Assembly (NCBI RefSeq): GCF_009914755.1
Contig: NC_060935.1
DNA: 64,000 bases
From: the human T2T-CHM13v2.0 reference genome, Homo sapiens
Direction: 5' to 3' (one strand)
The notes under the pieces were generated by a model. The model was given only the letters and a program-made list of their open reading frames with translations, was not told the origin of the DNA and made no database searches. Shown piece after piece: positions 29,330-43,200 of this stretch. A program made the position numbers and the translations under genes. The first letter of the stretch is position 1. The number at the start of each line of letters is the position of its first letter.

Positions 29330-30010
29330 ATTTTTAACTTTTCATTTTGAATTAATTTCAGTTTTTTAAAAAAAGTTGCAAAAATAGTACAAAGAATTTC
29401 CATACACTCTTTAACCCAGATTCCCCCAAATGTTACCATCTTATATAACTTAGAGTATGATGATCAAAATCAGGAAATTAACATTGATAAGATACTATGA
29501 TATAATCTGTAGCCCTAATTCGAGTTTTGCCAGTTTTCCCAATACTGTCCTTTTCTCGTCCAGGATCCAGCCCAGGGCCACACATTGCCTTTGGCTCTCA
29601 CGTCCCCTTAGTCTCCTATAATCTGCGATAGTTCTTTAATTTTTCCTTGTCTCTCATTACCTTGACATTTTTGAAAAATACTGCCCAGTTATCATCTAGA
29701 ACGTCCTTAATTTGGGTTTATGTCATGTTTCTTTGAGATCTAAATCCAGGTCATACATTTTTGGCAAGAATATCACAGAAGTGATGTTGTGTCTTTCCCA
29801 GAGCATCATATTAAGGAGCACATCATCGATTTGTTTTATTATTGGTGATGACTTTGACTTCCTGTTTAAGGTGGGGACTGCCAGATTTCTCTACCATAAA
29901 GTTACTATTTTTACTTTAGTAAAGCATTTTGTGGAGAGATGCTTTCTAGATATCCTGTTTCTCATCATATTCTGCCCTCTGATTTTAGGATTCTTTAATA
30001 ATTCAGCCTG
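29330..30010 (-). mobile_element. Old L1M (L1MB/MC-like) 3' fragment
   Basis: aaaagttgcaaaaatagtacaaagaatttccata...tttggcaagaatatcacagaagtgatg. Confidence 0.65.
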
Positions 30011-30019
30011 AAATAATAA

Positions 30020-30328
30020 TTTATTTTTATTTATTTATTTTTTTTGAGACAGGGTCTCACTTTGTCAAACAGGCTGGAGTGCAGCGGTGCAATCAGCTCA
30101 CTGTAGCCTCGACCACCTGTGCTCAAGCAATCCTCTTACCTCAGCCCCCCAAGTAGCTGGGACAGCCAGGCCCACGCTTGGCTAATTTTTTTTTTTTTTT
30201 GTATTTTTTTTAGAGACAGAGTTTCATCATGTTGCCCAGGCTGGTCTCAAACTCCTGAGCTCAAGTGATCCACCCACCTTGGCCTCCTAGAGTGCTAGGA
30301 TTATAGGCATGAGCCACCGTGCCTGGCC
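30020..30328 (-). mobile_element. AluJ-like
   Basis: Alu body; TSD tgaaataat. Confidence 0.9.
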
Positions 30329-31135
30329 TGAAATAATTATTACTGTGGAATTTAATTCATATATAAATATAAAGACAAATATAGGTATAAAACAAAATTA
30401 ACAGAACTTTGTAGGCATATTGGCAGGATTGTATCACTTCTTACATCTGGAACACTATTTGCTTGGTTCTCTTCATATTTTGGTCTCATTTAGTACAGTT
30501 TAGTCAGTTGTTAAGTACATAAAATGTTGAACGCCACATCTTTGCCACTGTGTTTACTTTCAAGAGTGACAATATTTCAGCTGCTGCCTGATCGTTCCAT
30601 CTGATTCATTCTTGTCTTTCAGAGCAAACAGCCCCACTGGAGCTCAGCACTGCCTTCTAAATTTGATCTGAACTTAAGCTCTGTCTCCTCTATTTAGGCT
30701 GAAGATATGTGGTATTGCTCTGTGTGCCCCAGCAATTCTAATTTCCACTCAGGACCAGGCTTTTCTTGGTGAATGACTCAGCATTTTACAATCTGACATT
30801 TTAAGAGAAGCACTTTGCTATTAAACTGAAGCCATATATTAAAGTTAAACCCCGAAGCAAGCATGGGTTCAACAAAGGTTAGACAAAGATAAGACAATTT
30901 GTCACACCTACCAGCCTGCAGTGCACAGCAGGAATGAAATGAGATTCCTAAACCCGAGCAGACTGGGCCCTTTCACTTCTAATTCTAATGTGAAGAAACT
31001 CTCCTCTGAGGTGACTGTCACTCTGGAATCCAACAGACCCTCTCTTGGCTGCATTGATAGACTTTGCAGAGGGGTTCTGTGCTCTAGATCTGAGGCCCTG
31101 GTTAGGACAGAGTATTTTAAGTGTGTTTAAAAGTT

Positions 31136-31430
31136 GAGCCAGGCGCGGTGGCTCATGCCTGTAATCCTAGCACTTTGGGAGGCTGAGGCGGGTGGATCAC
31201 CTGAGGTCAGGAGTTTGAGACCAGCCTGGCCAACATGGTGAAACCCTGTCTCTACTAAAAAAACAAAAATTAGATGGGCGTGGTGGTGTGTGCCCATAAT
31301 CCCAGCTACTCAGGAGGCTGAGACAGGAGAATTGCTTGAACCCGGGGGGCAGAGGTTGCAGTGAGCCGAGATCATGCCACTGCACTTCAACATGTGACAG
31401 AGTGAGACTCTGTCTCAAAAAACAAAAAAA
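31136..31430 (+). mobile_element. AluS
   Basis: gccaggcgcggtggctcatgcctgtaatcc...A tail. Confidence 0.92.
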
Positions 31431-32932
31431 TGTTGAGCTTTGAAATTGGGAAAGTTATAAATTACAAGTGAGTTGTTAATGATTTTTGTTTTGTACTGAA
31501 GAAGAATTGATGAAATAGAAAAGAAAGTCTAAAGAAAGCCTTCCTATATGAGCATCGAGAGGGCAGGCTGTCCATCGAGTGATGGTTCTTCCCGCATCAC
31601 GTATTTCAGGTGTACAGAATTGTTGATGTCTTCCCTGCCTGCAGAAATCCTGGCCAGGAGGGATGGCCATTTGAGTATATCCCTTTTTTGTCTGTGTTCT
31701 ACCTATACAATAGTAGTGATCCAAGGCACTTTTCTTTGTTAGGCTTGCTATGTCTTGCTCTTCCTGAGTATGGGAGGAGAGGAAGAGGTAATCAGAAGGA
31801 GAAAAGGAGAGGAGAGGGACATGAATGCCAAACGGGGAGAAAGTAAGGGAAATGCAGCTATTTTCTGTCTCTGTCCCTTTCCAATATCCTACCATCTAAT
31901 TCCTGATACTTTAGGTCCTCTAAATCCTCCAGTGAGGCCCTAGTGCCCCTGGAGATTCACGCCCACCTCTCCTAGCCCACTGCAAACTTGTTTGTCCCTT
32001 ACCAAGCAGTCTTAAAGCCAACCCACAGCCCTCAGGTCCTCTCTTCCACAGGCTTGCCAGAGCTCTCTGCTCTTACCTAGAATCTGCATCATTTACTGAT
32101 TCATCCAGCAATCATTTACTGATGCCTATTCTAAGCCAGTCTAGGGGTTGTGCTAAGTTCTGGATATATTAAAAAAAAAAAAACCTAGACATGATTCTTA
32201 CCCTTGGGGCACTCCTGGTTTAGTGGGGGGATGAGTTTTTAAGTAGATAATCATAATGCAATAATAAGATAACATTCCCTAAGTACCATGTATCCTTTCA
32301 AAATCGCTCTACTCATTTGACGCTCATGATCACCCTAAGAAGCAGGTGCTGTTTTATATAGTTTGCTGCAGATGAGGCACAGAGAGGTTAAATAATTTAC
32401 CTAAGGTCATACAGCTGATAAGTGGCAGAGCTGAGATTTGAACCCAGATGAGCTGGCTCCAGACGTCAGGCTTATGACTGGCGTGCTTTACTGCCTTGAA
32501 GTGGGTCAAGCATGGTAGTGGGTACCCCAAGTGTTACAGGCATATGGGGCAGGGCCTGGTGGAGGTGTTGGGGTGGTTGAGGGAGTTCTGGGTCTGGTGA
32601 TGTGTAGGAGGTAGCTTGGTGGGGGCCTGGGCAGCTGAAGTTTCCTTCCCTCCCTTCTTTGTTTTTCCTGCCTTCAATATTTCCTGAGCATGTGTTATGT
32701 GCTGGGCAGGCTGCTAGGTACTGGGGACCAAGGATGGGCTTAATGTAGCCTGGGAGAGCCTTGTACATACCCTACTTGCCAGAGCCACGTGGTCGGTGTT
32801 CTACTAGCAGCATGGACATGAGTGGCTGCGGGAGCAGTGTGGAGGACTTCCTGGAAGAGGTGAGGAGCCCATCCTGTGGGAAGAAGGGGAAAGTTGTACT
32901 TGGTATGGCTGCTCCAAGATGCTTAAGTATAG

Positions 32933-33235
<303 letters not shown>

Positions 33236-34042
33236 CAAGTATAGATATTTAATCAAGTCAGTTGAGCTCTGAGTTCTTGTTAGTCAAGGTTGGTGAGAAG
33301 TCTAAAAACCAGTCATTACTTGGGGCACCCCCCTGACAAGGTTTTCCAGGAACCCCATAACAGATGTGGGTCTCAGTCTGTGGGTTCCACTCTGCAGGGA
33401 TCTGAGACTGCTCTTGAAAGCTGCTCTTCCACCATCTGTCTAGCACTGTGGCACCTCCTGAACCCATCTTGCCTCACAGCCATGTCCAGACCAGCCTGGT
33501 CTCTTGGACAGCTTTGGGGGTGGCACCAGTCTCACCACACCTCTCTGTAGCTCCCAAGGCTTGGTGACTTCATTTCACTCAGCCCCATGCAGCCAGCAGC
33601 CTGTATAATCTGAGCCCTCACCGACAGGCTGCCCTGGAGCCCACCCTCCTTTCTCCTCATTTGAACTGAAATATAGAACCGTATTGACCACCCTCTGGTG
33701 ACTGGGGAGCCTAGACCTTAGGAACAGTTCTTAATTCTTATGAGCGGGAAACATTCCTTTCCAGGGACTCTGGAGAAACAAGATATGAAGTAATTTCCCA
33801 GTAACTGTAACAAGAGCATTCCAGACAGAGCAGGCAGCGTGTGCGTCCCTGTGCTGGGTCTGTTGGGAGTCCTTGCGCAGGGGTATAGGCTGTCACTGGG
33901 GGATCAAGGGGAGAGGGTGGTTGGGGAAGCTGGTGGAGGCCTTGAAGGCCCAGCTGGTGGGAAAAAACCCAGCATTTACCCGAAGCAGGGCACTGATGTG
34001 ACCAGATCTGGAGCTTAGGCAGATTGGGGTAACTCTGAGTGC

Positions 34043-34092
34043 ATGTGTGTGTGTGTGTGCACGTGCGTGTGTGCACGCTCACGTATGTGCAC
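34043..34092. repeat. (TG)n / alternating purine-pyrimidine tract
   Basis: Directly visible. Confidence 0.85.
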
Positions 34093-37079
34093 GGCCATGT
34101 AACAAAACTCAACTGAGAATGACCTAACCTACTGTATGATTTCCTCCAGGGTGGGCCCTGGGATTGGTGTTGTCCTGGTCCCTTCTGGAGTGATGTGCTG
34201 TGTGGGACTACACAGCCCGCGGGCCTGCAGCAAGGTGCTTGTCCCGCTTCACCTTGGCTTTTATTCCAGGCAAAGCCGAGAGCAGGGTGGAGAGATGATA
34301 GCCCATGTCCCAAGGGATAGGTGAGCAGCAAAGACCAGTCAGAGCAGTGACAACGTTAATTTTGTATTTTCATCCTTGGGAAACCAAAAAGGATGGACCT
34401 TAGAAGACTCTTCTGTCCCGGCTCCTTAGCAGAAGTGAGGGAGAGATGAGACCAGAGATTTTTCATTTCCCCACCATCTCAGCCAGATCCAGTTGCTGAG
34501 CTGGATCTGGAGCTTCCTCTCTGCACCAAGAAGATGCCCAACTCCCCCTAGTCCTCAAATGACTGCAAAGTCAGGGGGACTGCAAGTGACTCCAGAGCTG
34601 GGTAATGAGATCAGAGGAAAAAGTGCCCAGCTGTGACATTAAGTGGGATTTATTTTCATCATCTCAGGTTCCCTATTGTATGGCATACTCCTTCGCCACC
34701 TGCACATACAGCCATATTTTAGGATACAACTGCGAGGGTTTCAGGGCTCTCTGAGAAATAATGGCTCTGTGCTGTCACTGCATAGCTGTGCCCTTTCAAA
34801 TATACAAAACAGGAAGGTGACCTGCTGATTCAGTGGAAGGCAATAAGCCACACATTCAATTAGAATGACATACATTTAATCACAATTGTCTAATGGTATT
34901 TGAGATTTCTTATTTAATCAGTAATGAGGCTATCCAGCAATTAATGTTGCTGGAATCGTGGCTGCCCTTACCAGCGCAGTGTTGATTTTAAACTAATCTT
35001 TCTATTTTATATTCTCTTTCTATTTCTGGAGTTAATAAAGGTGCTGTAATGAGTTGTATTAAAACATCAATTTCTTCTTTTGTTGCACCCACAAGTTTAT
35101 CATGGTTTTTAATCAAAATACTGAGGTACTGTAGGAAAGGGTTTTCCACGTCAGGTTTTGCCTGGATGGAGAAGCCAAGGTGGGAGATGGTGCGTCTCAC
35201 TTGTTTCTGACTCTCCCAGCTGTTTGGGCCCCCTCTGGAGAAGTTTGAGGACAGGGACAGCTTCATAGGTGACCTGTGAGGTTGATCAAGGCCCTGTGCT
35301 TAGAAGGGCCCTCAGCTTGGTTTGATGTTCTGCTATTGCTGTTTTGAAAGTCTGAATACCTTTTGAACAAGGGGCCCCTACATTTTCATTTTGCACTAAG
35401 CCCTCCAAATTGTGTGGCCAATGCTGTTTGAGGATCTGTGAGAATGGGTGTGTGTTGATGGTCAGAGGGCAGTGCACGAGAGGCTGCCCCCAGTGCCTCA
35501 CCTTGAGTTGGTGCTATGGGACCCCAGGCTGCACAGGGCAACGTGTGGCGGGCAGAAGAGGCTGATAGGGACAGGTGAGATGAGATCTGTTTCTGGGTTT
35601 CCCACATGGCTTTTTCTGTCCCAAAAACTCTCTTTTTCTTGCAGTCCTACAGCTTAGGGTGTAGAAATATCAAACAAAAATAGATGTGAATGAAAGGGCA
35701 TTTATAAAAATTCTTTTTTTGGTAGGGGAATTATGTTTTTCTCTGACATCTGTTTTTAAATAGTTATAACAATGGGTAACATTTATTGAGTACCTACCAT
35801 GGCCTAGGCACTGTTCTAAGTGATTTACATATTTTATCTCATTTAATACTCACAACCATCCCATGAGATAGGCACAATGATTAATGCTAACTAAATTAAG
35901 GAAACTGAGTCAAGAGAGGTTAAGTATATTGCCCAAGGCCATACAGCCAAAGAATGACAGAACCAGGCTTACATCTAAACTTAGGTTCTGGCATGGTAGA
36001 GATGGGCTTTTGGAGAGAGGCAGATCTGAGTTTGTTGTTGCTTCTGCCATTGGTTATCTCTGTGACCTTGGGCAAGTCACTTAACCTCTTTGTGCTCCAG
36101 TTCCTCATTTGTAAAGTGGAGATAATAGAACTTATCACATAGGGCTAATTTGAAAATTAAACAAAATAGTACATGCATCTCATCTAGTCTGGTGCCTGAC
36201 ACAGTGACCAGCTACATGCATGTTGTTTCTCTGCCTCTTTACAAATGTATATTTCCAGCTCTCTTCCTGCAGAAGCCTTTCTCATCTGCCCTCATCTCAC
36301 ACTCCTCACTCATTTGCTCTACTATTTCCTTGAGAATCATATTCACACCATTATATTGATACATGCTTGTTTATATTAATTTATCAATAATTTGTTGAGC
36401 ACAAGGAATAATATGAATTTAGCAGTGATTGTGCTCCAGCCATGAGCAAGGCTCTAGGTATTATACGATGTTTAAGGCACTGCCATGATTTTGAAGTGTC
36501 CTGGCCAATTGAAGGATGCAATTCATGCCTCCAGGGACTCAGAATCTACTTGGGAAGTGCAATCCATAACAAACATGTGAGATATGAAAATAACGAACAA
36601 AACATTTTATGATTGTGTCAAAATGAGTGTATAGAGGAGAATAAGAATGTGTAAATTCATTCATTCATTTAAATATTTAGGTGTTTGTGTTAGGTACTGT
36701 GGCAGATGCTGGGAATATAATGATGAGTAAAACCCACAGGATCCCAGTCCTCATGGAGTTTATATTCTAGTAGAGATGACAGACACTGAATAAATGGAAT
36801 GGATCCACATATAATTAGTTACAGTTGTAATAAGTGATAGGAAAGAAAAAGTGGGGGGTGGGTGCTTAGTACTCAGAAGATGGGGCAGATTGCTACAGCC
36901 CAGGGTAATTAGAGAGTAATTTGTGGGAGAGGTCCAATTGAAGAATGGTTGATGAGAATAACTGGAGAGGAAAGATGGGGTCCAAAGGTCAGGACATAGA
37001 AACAGTGTTCAGATGTTAATAATAATAGTTTATATCTGGATTACGCTTTCAAATTTCATGGTGATTTCACATACATGCT

Positions 37080-37890
37080 GCATTAGTCAGGATAGATTAT
37101 GTCATGCTGCAGTAACAAACAATCCCAATAGACACAGGTTTGTATCTCGTTCATCTACTTGTGTGTGAGTCTGCCCTGCTCATCATAGTCACTCAGGGAT
37201 GAGGTCCATCTCAACCTGTGCTTTTAGGATCACCTGGCAGGAGAAAGGGAATGGTGCAGTGGCTCTATCTTAGTTGTCTACCACTGTATAACACAGTACC
37301 ATAAAACTTAGTGGCTTAAAACAATGTGTACTTATAATGTCACCATTTCTGTGGGTTAGGAATCCAGAGGTGCTTTAGCTGAGTGGTCTGGCTCAGGGTC
37401 TCTGATAAGACTGCAATCAAGGTGTCTGCTGAGGCATAGTCATCTCAAGGCTCAACAAGGCCAGGTCAGCTTCCAAGTTCATTCACATGGTTATTAGCAG
37501 GTGACCTTCTCCATTAGGGAAGCCATGTGGAAAGAGCCAGAGAGAGAGAGAGAGAATGTCAGCAAGATGGAAGTCACAGTCTTTTATTACCTAATCTTGG
37601 AGGTGACATTCCATCCTTTTTGCCATATTCTAGTCACCAGAAGCAATTGGCTGGGCCTCACTTACACTCTAGAGGAAGGGACCACACAAGTGTACACTTG
37701 CCAGGAAGTGAGTGTCACTGGGAACTGCTTTGGAAGGTGCCTAGCACAGGCTCTGTATGCTTCAACCTCCATCTAGCCCATTAAGGTGTGATACATGGCC
37801 ACCCCTAACTTCAGGGGGGCAGGGAAGTGCAACCCTACCATGTGCATGGAGGCGGAACTGGTGTATTTGTGGGCAGCTCTGATGACAACA
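37080..37890. mobile_element. MLT1-type (MaLR) LTR sequence, probably one LTR nested in another
   Basis: MLT1-like motifs at 37080-37260 and 37750-37890 interrupted by a second MLT1-like unit (~37265-37745). Confidence 0.6.
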
Positions 37891-39601
37891 TAGGGTCTGT
37901 GCAGGGTATTGTCAGGGAAAAGTTAGAAAGTCAAATTGGGGTTTATGAGATTAATTGGCTTGAAGGAAATAGGCAGTCGATGAGTATTTTTGAGCATGAG
38001 AGTAATTTTAACCATAATTCTTAAAATAATTATTAATTGGCTTTTTAAATGGAAAGGTAGACATATATGTGCAAGGTAAAAATTCATAGGGATATGTACT
38101 AAAAAGCAAGGTTCCTTTCCATCCCTAGCGCCTAACTCTTTCCCAGAATGGAACATTTTTTTCCTTCTCTTGTATATCTTGGAAACATTTAGGGATATCT
38201 AAATTATATATGTACATATTCCTACTCTCCTTTAAAATCAATTAGACATGTCTATTGTTTTGTATCTTACTTTTACACCTCACTGTATATCTTGGAGGTA
38301 ATTTCACAGCACCTATAGGTCTATCTAATTGAAGCTTTTAGACAGATTTAAACTGGTGGCCGTGTGGAATAGAGCAAAAAGAATGGAGGAAGCTAGACCA
38401 ATTGAGAGGCTCTTTCAACAATTCTGATTATTTTCATTCATTCATTCATTCATCAAACATTCATTTAGGTCTCTGCTGGGCTATGTGATATCAAGTCACA
38501 TAAGAAATGATCCTTGTTTTCAAAGAGCTCAAGGGAGCTCAGACAAGTAAACAAATAAATCATTATACAGTGTGCTCAAGTATTGTAACTGGAATGAAGT
38601 GACAAGTATCTAGACTGGGATGTCTCCATGAGATAAAAAACATGAGTGTCTGGAATACTCTTTCTTTGGAAAAAAAATGGCAACGAGTATGGTTTGATAA
38701 AGGGTTGCTCTGGGCCCTCCTGAGGGAGAGAATTGACATATCTTTTATTTGTTTTATATCTCTGCATCCTCTTTCCTCTTTCTCTTGCACACACTGACAC
38801 GACATCTGATGCAGGCCAGTGTTGCCCAACAGGCTGAGGGAAAGACTAGGGAGAGCCTCACAATGGAACCAATGGTTTCTCTGTCGTTTCTCAACCTTTG
38901 TGGATAGAATCTCCACCCCTGCCTGGCTGTAGTACAAACAGTGAGCAAATTCTTGATTATGCAGGAAGGTGAGCCTCTGATTCATTTTTGATGTTCAATG
39001 TTATGAGGCAAGCTTCCTGGCCATCTGTTCAAAGGAGGAACATGGTATATATTTTGATTATTTTATTTTTATCTTAATCAAGTGGCAACTTTCCATCTTG
39101 ACGTATCTTAACCTGAGCAGTTGTGGCTGGGAGGCAATGGGCTTGAACAGACTGAGGAGGGAGGGGGAAAGCTATGCCACTTGGCATAACGCTGATGTTA
39201 GATGCAGGAGCAAAGGCCTCTCAGCACAGCCCTTTCACCTGCCTAATTAGTGAAGAAATTGCAAGCCCTCCAATGGGCACTGAAATGCTCAGAGCGCCAG
39301 CCTCCTGGGGCTCATTACACAAATGAGGGCGGAAGACAGGAATGGTCAGGATCTGCTGGTTACAGCCTGGGGGCCGAGGGGAGCCTGGGCTGGGGACAAG
39401 AGGCACCTGGAACTGGAAAGTGGCGGCTTCTTGAAATGGTATAGGGACGCAGCCCACGTCTTAGTCCATTTACCGACATTAAGGGATTGAAGTTTTTCCA
39501 GCCAATGGCATTTGATGGAAATGTGCAATTATGTTCCAGGAGCTGGCTCTAGGACCTCACGGAGTGAGTGAGATGGAGTAGAGAGCTATAATCTAGCCAT
39601 T

Positions 39602-40075
39602 TGTCTTAGTTTGGGTTTCCCTGAAAACTAAGCCTGAAACAAGGATTCAGGAGCAGTGAGTTTATTTGTGGAGTGATCCAAGGCAAGGGAGTGAGGGAGC
39701 AGAATGAGCCAGGCGGGGAAGGAGGAAAAGTCAGTCTTGAGTTGGCTGCCATGGCGGGCAACTGGGCCCAGTCCTGGTGAGGATCTGTCAGGAGTGTCTC
39801 CTTGGACACTTCACTCTGGAGGGGAGGTGGGTGCATTTATTCTCTGATTTCTAACCCATTCATTGAGGTTGCCTTCTGGGGTTGCCGTCAGACTGCCCTG
39901 CATGCTAAGATCCTGGAATTTCGGATAAAAAGCCCTGAGGGAAACAAATAGACCAGCAGGATGCTGGAGGTGGCCCCTGCACCATTCATGGGGACTGACT
40001 CTTGCAGCTGCAGCAGAAATCCTGGTGGCCTAAGGGGAAGTGGTGTGGGGGCACAAAACACATCCCAGTCACTCC
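39602..40075 (-). mobile_element. ERVL-type solo LTR (LTR16/LTR33-like)
   Basis: tgtcttagtttgggtttccctgaaaactaagcctgaaacaaggattc...gtttatttgtggagtgatcc. Confidence 0.55.
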
Positions 40076-40799
40076 TGGAGCCAGGAAGTGGGGAGGAGAG
40101 GGTTACTGCATGGTTATCAAGAGTGACGGTGCATGAGTTTGGTTGGGATAGGGGGCACCAATCTCAGTCCCCAAACTCAGATGGGTAAGAAATCTCCAAT
40201 TCTGTCCTTGCCCATAAGTAAACCTAATTTTCACTCCATATTCCCATCATACTGTGCTAGTCGGAAATTTAATCTCATATGAGACTCTCCTCCCTGTGTG
40301 CCAATTTTCTTCCCAGCTCCATAGTTGGTTCTAGGTTTCTGTGAGCCACTGGAAGACTCTGGGCAGATATCTATAGAGAACAGACTATTATGCTTACATT
40401 GTGCATGACTTTTTTGTGTGTGTGAGGTGGTAATTCTTCTGGTTAACTAGTCAGGTCGAACAAACTGAGTATTTTCTTTTTCTCTTTTGCCGGTGTCTTT
40501 ATTTTGCACACTTTGGGGGTCTTCTGTGAATTACTGTGCACAGAGAATGTCCCTTTGTAAGAAGATGGAATGGTTTTTGTGGCTGGTTACTGTCCCACTG
40601 TCCTTCCACCAGTGGCTTGGTCCCCTGTCATCTGGGAGCTCATCCTTGTAGCCATCTCTAAGTGACACAGTGGCCTCAGTGTGTGAATACTGATATCTAG
40701 ATGCTGGCAGTGCCTGGAAGAAGTTGCTGTACGTTCCTTGTTAGTTTCATATAAACAGAACTATGGGTCTGTTTATTTTTTGACTACTCAGAAAGACCT

Positions 40800-41020
40800 T
40801 TTAAAATTTAATTAAAATTATTCTGTAAACTTGAATTTGTTTGATGTCTAGTTCTATAAGTTTTAACACATATATACCTTTGTGGAACCACACCAACACA
40901 ATCAGGATACAGAGCTGTTTCATGACTCCCAAAAAAACTCCCTTATGCTCCTGCCCCACCTGTAGCCCCTGGAAACCACTAATCTGTTCTCCATCACCAT
41001 AATTTTGCCTTTTCAAGAAT
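40800..41020 (-). mobile_element. Old L1M 3' end fragment
   Basis: ccacaccaacacaatcaggatacag...ccctggaaaccactaatctgttctccatc. Confidence 0.7.
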
Positions 41021-41039
41021 AAAATCTAAATCTTTGTAT

Positions 41040-41087
41040 TTCAAATGTTGGCATAAAATCCAATAGTTAAAGTAGTTCTAGTCTTGT

Positions 41088-41128
<41 letters not shown>

Positions 41129-41588
41129 CTTATCTTCTGGTTTGTTGCAGCAAGGATTAGACAGCACTTGCATAGTAATGTGGGTTAAGGTGGCCCATGA
41201 AGACGCCATCGGAAGGACACCCTTGGAGAAGGCGACCCATTTTGCCAATCTCCGTTAACCTTATTGTATTTCAGAGCAAATAACCTCACCTTCTTTCTCT
41301 TACACTTATTCTTCTTTGGAGTGTTATAAGATGACTTCTTAGCACCATGATGTCTCAACAGCAAAAGAGGCCTTTTTTTGAATTTTATATTCAGACATTT
41401 GTGCATCCATCTTCCAGTTGCTTGCCAGCAAAATCAATCCCTGTTGATTGGAGGAATCTTAGCTTTCACATTTTTTATTGTATCCATGGGTTCAACCTTG
41501 AGAATAATAGTCTTTCTTGTTAGGGCTTTCATGAAAATGTGCATCTTGGCAGTGTGGGTCTACTGGAGATAGTGGATCTGAAAGGAAG
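41040..41588 (-). pseudogene. RPS27A: Processed pseudogene of ubiquitin-ribosomal protein S27a
   Basis: Minus strand: TOP-like 5' end cttcctttcagatcc; ATG at 41544; degenerate ubiquitin ([29 protein letters not shown]...FAGKQLEDG) then S27a (TPKKNKCKRKKVRL...KPEDK); intronless, frameshifted, di-Gly junction lost. Confidence 0.92.
41091..41125. repeat. (CA)17 microsatellite
   Basis: Directly visible, just beyond the pseudogene CDS end. Confidence 0.97.
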
Positions 41589-42904
41589 ATTCGGTTCTGA
41601 TGAAATTTACTCAAATTTATCTGAAGCTGAATTGAAGCTGGGTTATTGCAGGAAAAAGGAATGAGAGGTCTAGTATCACAACTGGGGTTCTTACCTAAAG
41701 ACTCAGAGGGAACAGTCATCACTGTAATGAGACCACCCTGACTTAGTCACCTGGACTGTTAGAGGAATCAGTTGAAGCTGTTCTGAATGAAGCAAGAGAC
41801 TCTAAGAGAACCTCCTTCTCACCCAGTGCCCACAAATTCTGTGCTCAACCATTTCGATCTGTCTTTCTGCTCAGGGGCAGGCTTGGTGAACCTTCAGTTC
41901 TAGTGACTAGCGGTCAACACTTCCTCTCTATGCAGGGGGTGATCTTGTCCCTTCAGGTCCACCAGGGCAACTGGACTTTTGCTCCATACTAAATATCTTG
42001 GAGATCTTTTCATCTCAGCCCCTATAGATCAAATTCATCTCTTTGATGGTTGCATAGATATTGCATTGTGTGTATAACTTCAGTTTGTTTAACCAGACTC
42101 CTATTGCTGAATGCTTTAAGGCTCCCATAGTAGAATTACATTTTTATTGATTGACTTTTGAATGGGGGAACAGCCAGTGTTTAGAGGGGGACATAATGGA
42201 AACAGCAGGTCTTGGGCAACTTCTCCCATGTCACAATATTTTGAAGGGTGGCTTCATCTAAGAATCTTGAATGAAAATAATTCAGTAAATTATGAGCGAG
42301 AAATGAATTCTTCTAAATCTACTGGAGGCTAGAAACAGATTCATTGGTGTCCTTGAGATCAGAGAAGAGTATAGAGTCAATAACTTGAAAACTGGGTTCA
42401 TTGAAACAACAGGGGCTGGTCCACAAACTTTCAAAGTTCATGTCTCAAATCAAAACCTTGGCCTCTAACACTCAAGCTGCTTGATGTGAAAAGCAGAGGT
42501 GGACAACAGCAAAAATTAACACTTCAGAAACCAACAATGCCGAGAGCAAATGGCCATTTAGTTTCTCCACCAAACTTCCCTAATCCAGTTTGATTGTTCT
42601 TGAATAGCACTGGCTTAACAGTTTGTAAAGTAAATACCCTTCCAGATTTTTGGGAACCGTTGCCTCCCAGTTATGTTTGACTTTGTTTTCCTCCCAACTG
42701 GTGGCCTCCTCCTGCCTCACTGAGAATTCAGCTATTCTGTTCTTTTACTATCAAAATTTGCTCTCAAAAAAGATGCAAAAACTCATTCACATTACAATTC
42801 AAGTTGATATCTAAGTGATATCAGGTAAGAAGAGAAACTGGCATATACACACATATACTATATGTGTGTGTGTGTGTATGTATATATATGTATATATGTT
42901 TTTA

Positions 42905-43200
42905 GCAGCATTTCTCTCTGTCACCCAGGCTGGAGTACAGTGTTGCAATCTTGGCTTACTGTAACTTCTGCCTCCTGGGCTCAAGCCATCCTCCCCCTTC
43001 AGCCTCCTGAGTCGCTGGGACTGCAGGTATGCACCACCATGCCTGGCTAATTTTTAAATTTTGTTTTGTTTTTGTTTTTTGGTAGAGATGGGGTTTTGCC
43101 ATGTTACCCAGGCTGGTCTTGAACTTCTAGGCTCAAGTGATCCTCCTGCTTGGGCCTCCTAAAGTGCTGGGATTACAGGCATGAGCCACCATGCCTGGCC
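42905..43200 (-). mobile_element. AluJ-like, tail replaced by (TA)/(TG) microsatellite
   Basis: Alu body ending catgcctggcc. Confidence 0.88.

Noticed and set aside
33738-34331. 197-aa minus-strand ORF (also the 167-aa ORF at 43675-44178)
   Set aside because: Run through (TG)n repeats, no recognisable protein family or supporting splice structure
34483-34510. 10-bp-arm inverted repeat ccagatccag/ctggatctgg
   Set aside because: Short enough to occur by chance in 64 kb; no other support
41589-41985. Unassigned ~400 bp next to the RPS27A copy as a second, fused retrocopy
   Set aside because: No recognisable protein in trial translations and no TSD found; cannot be supported without a search
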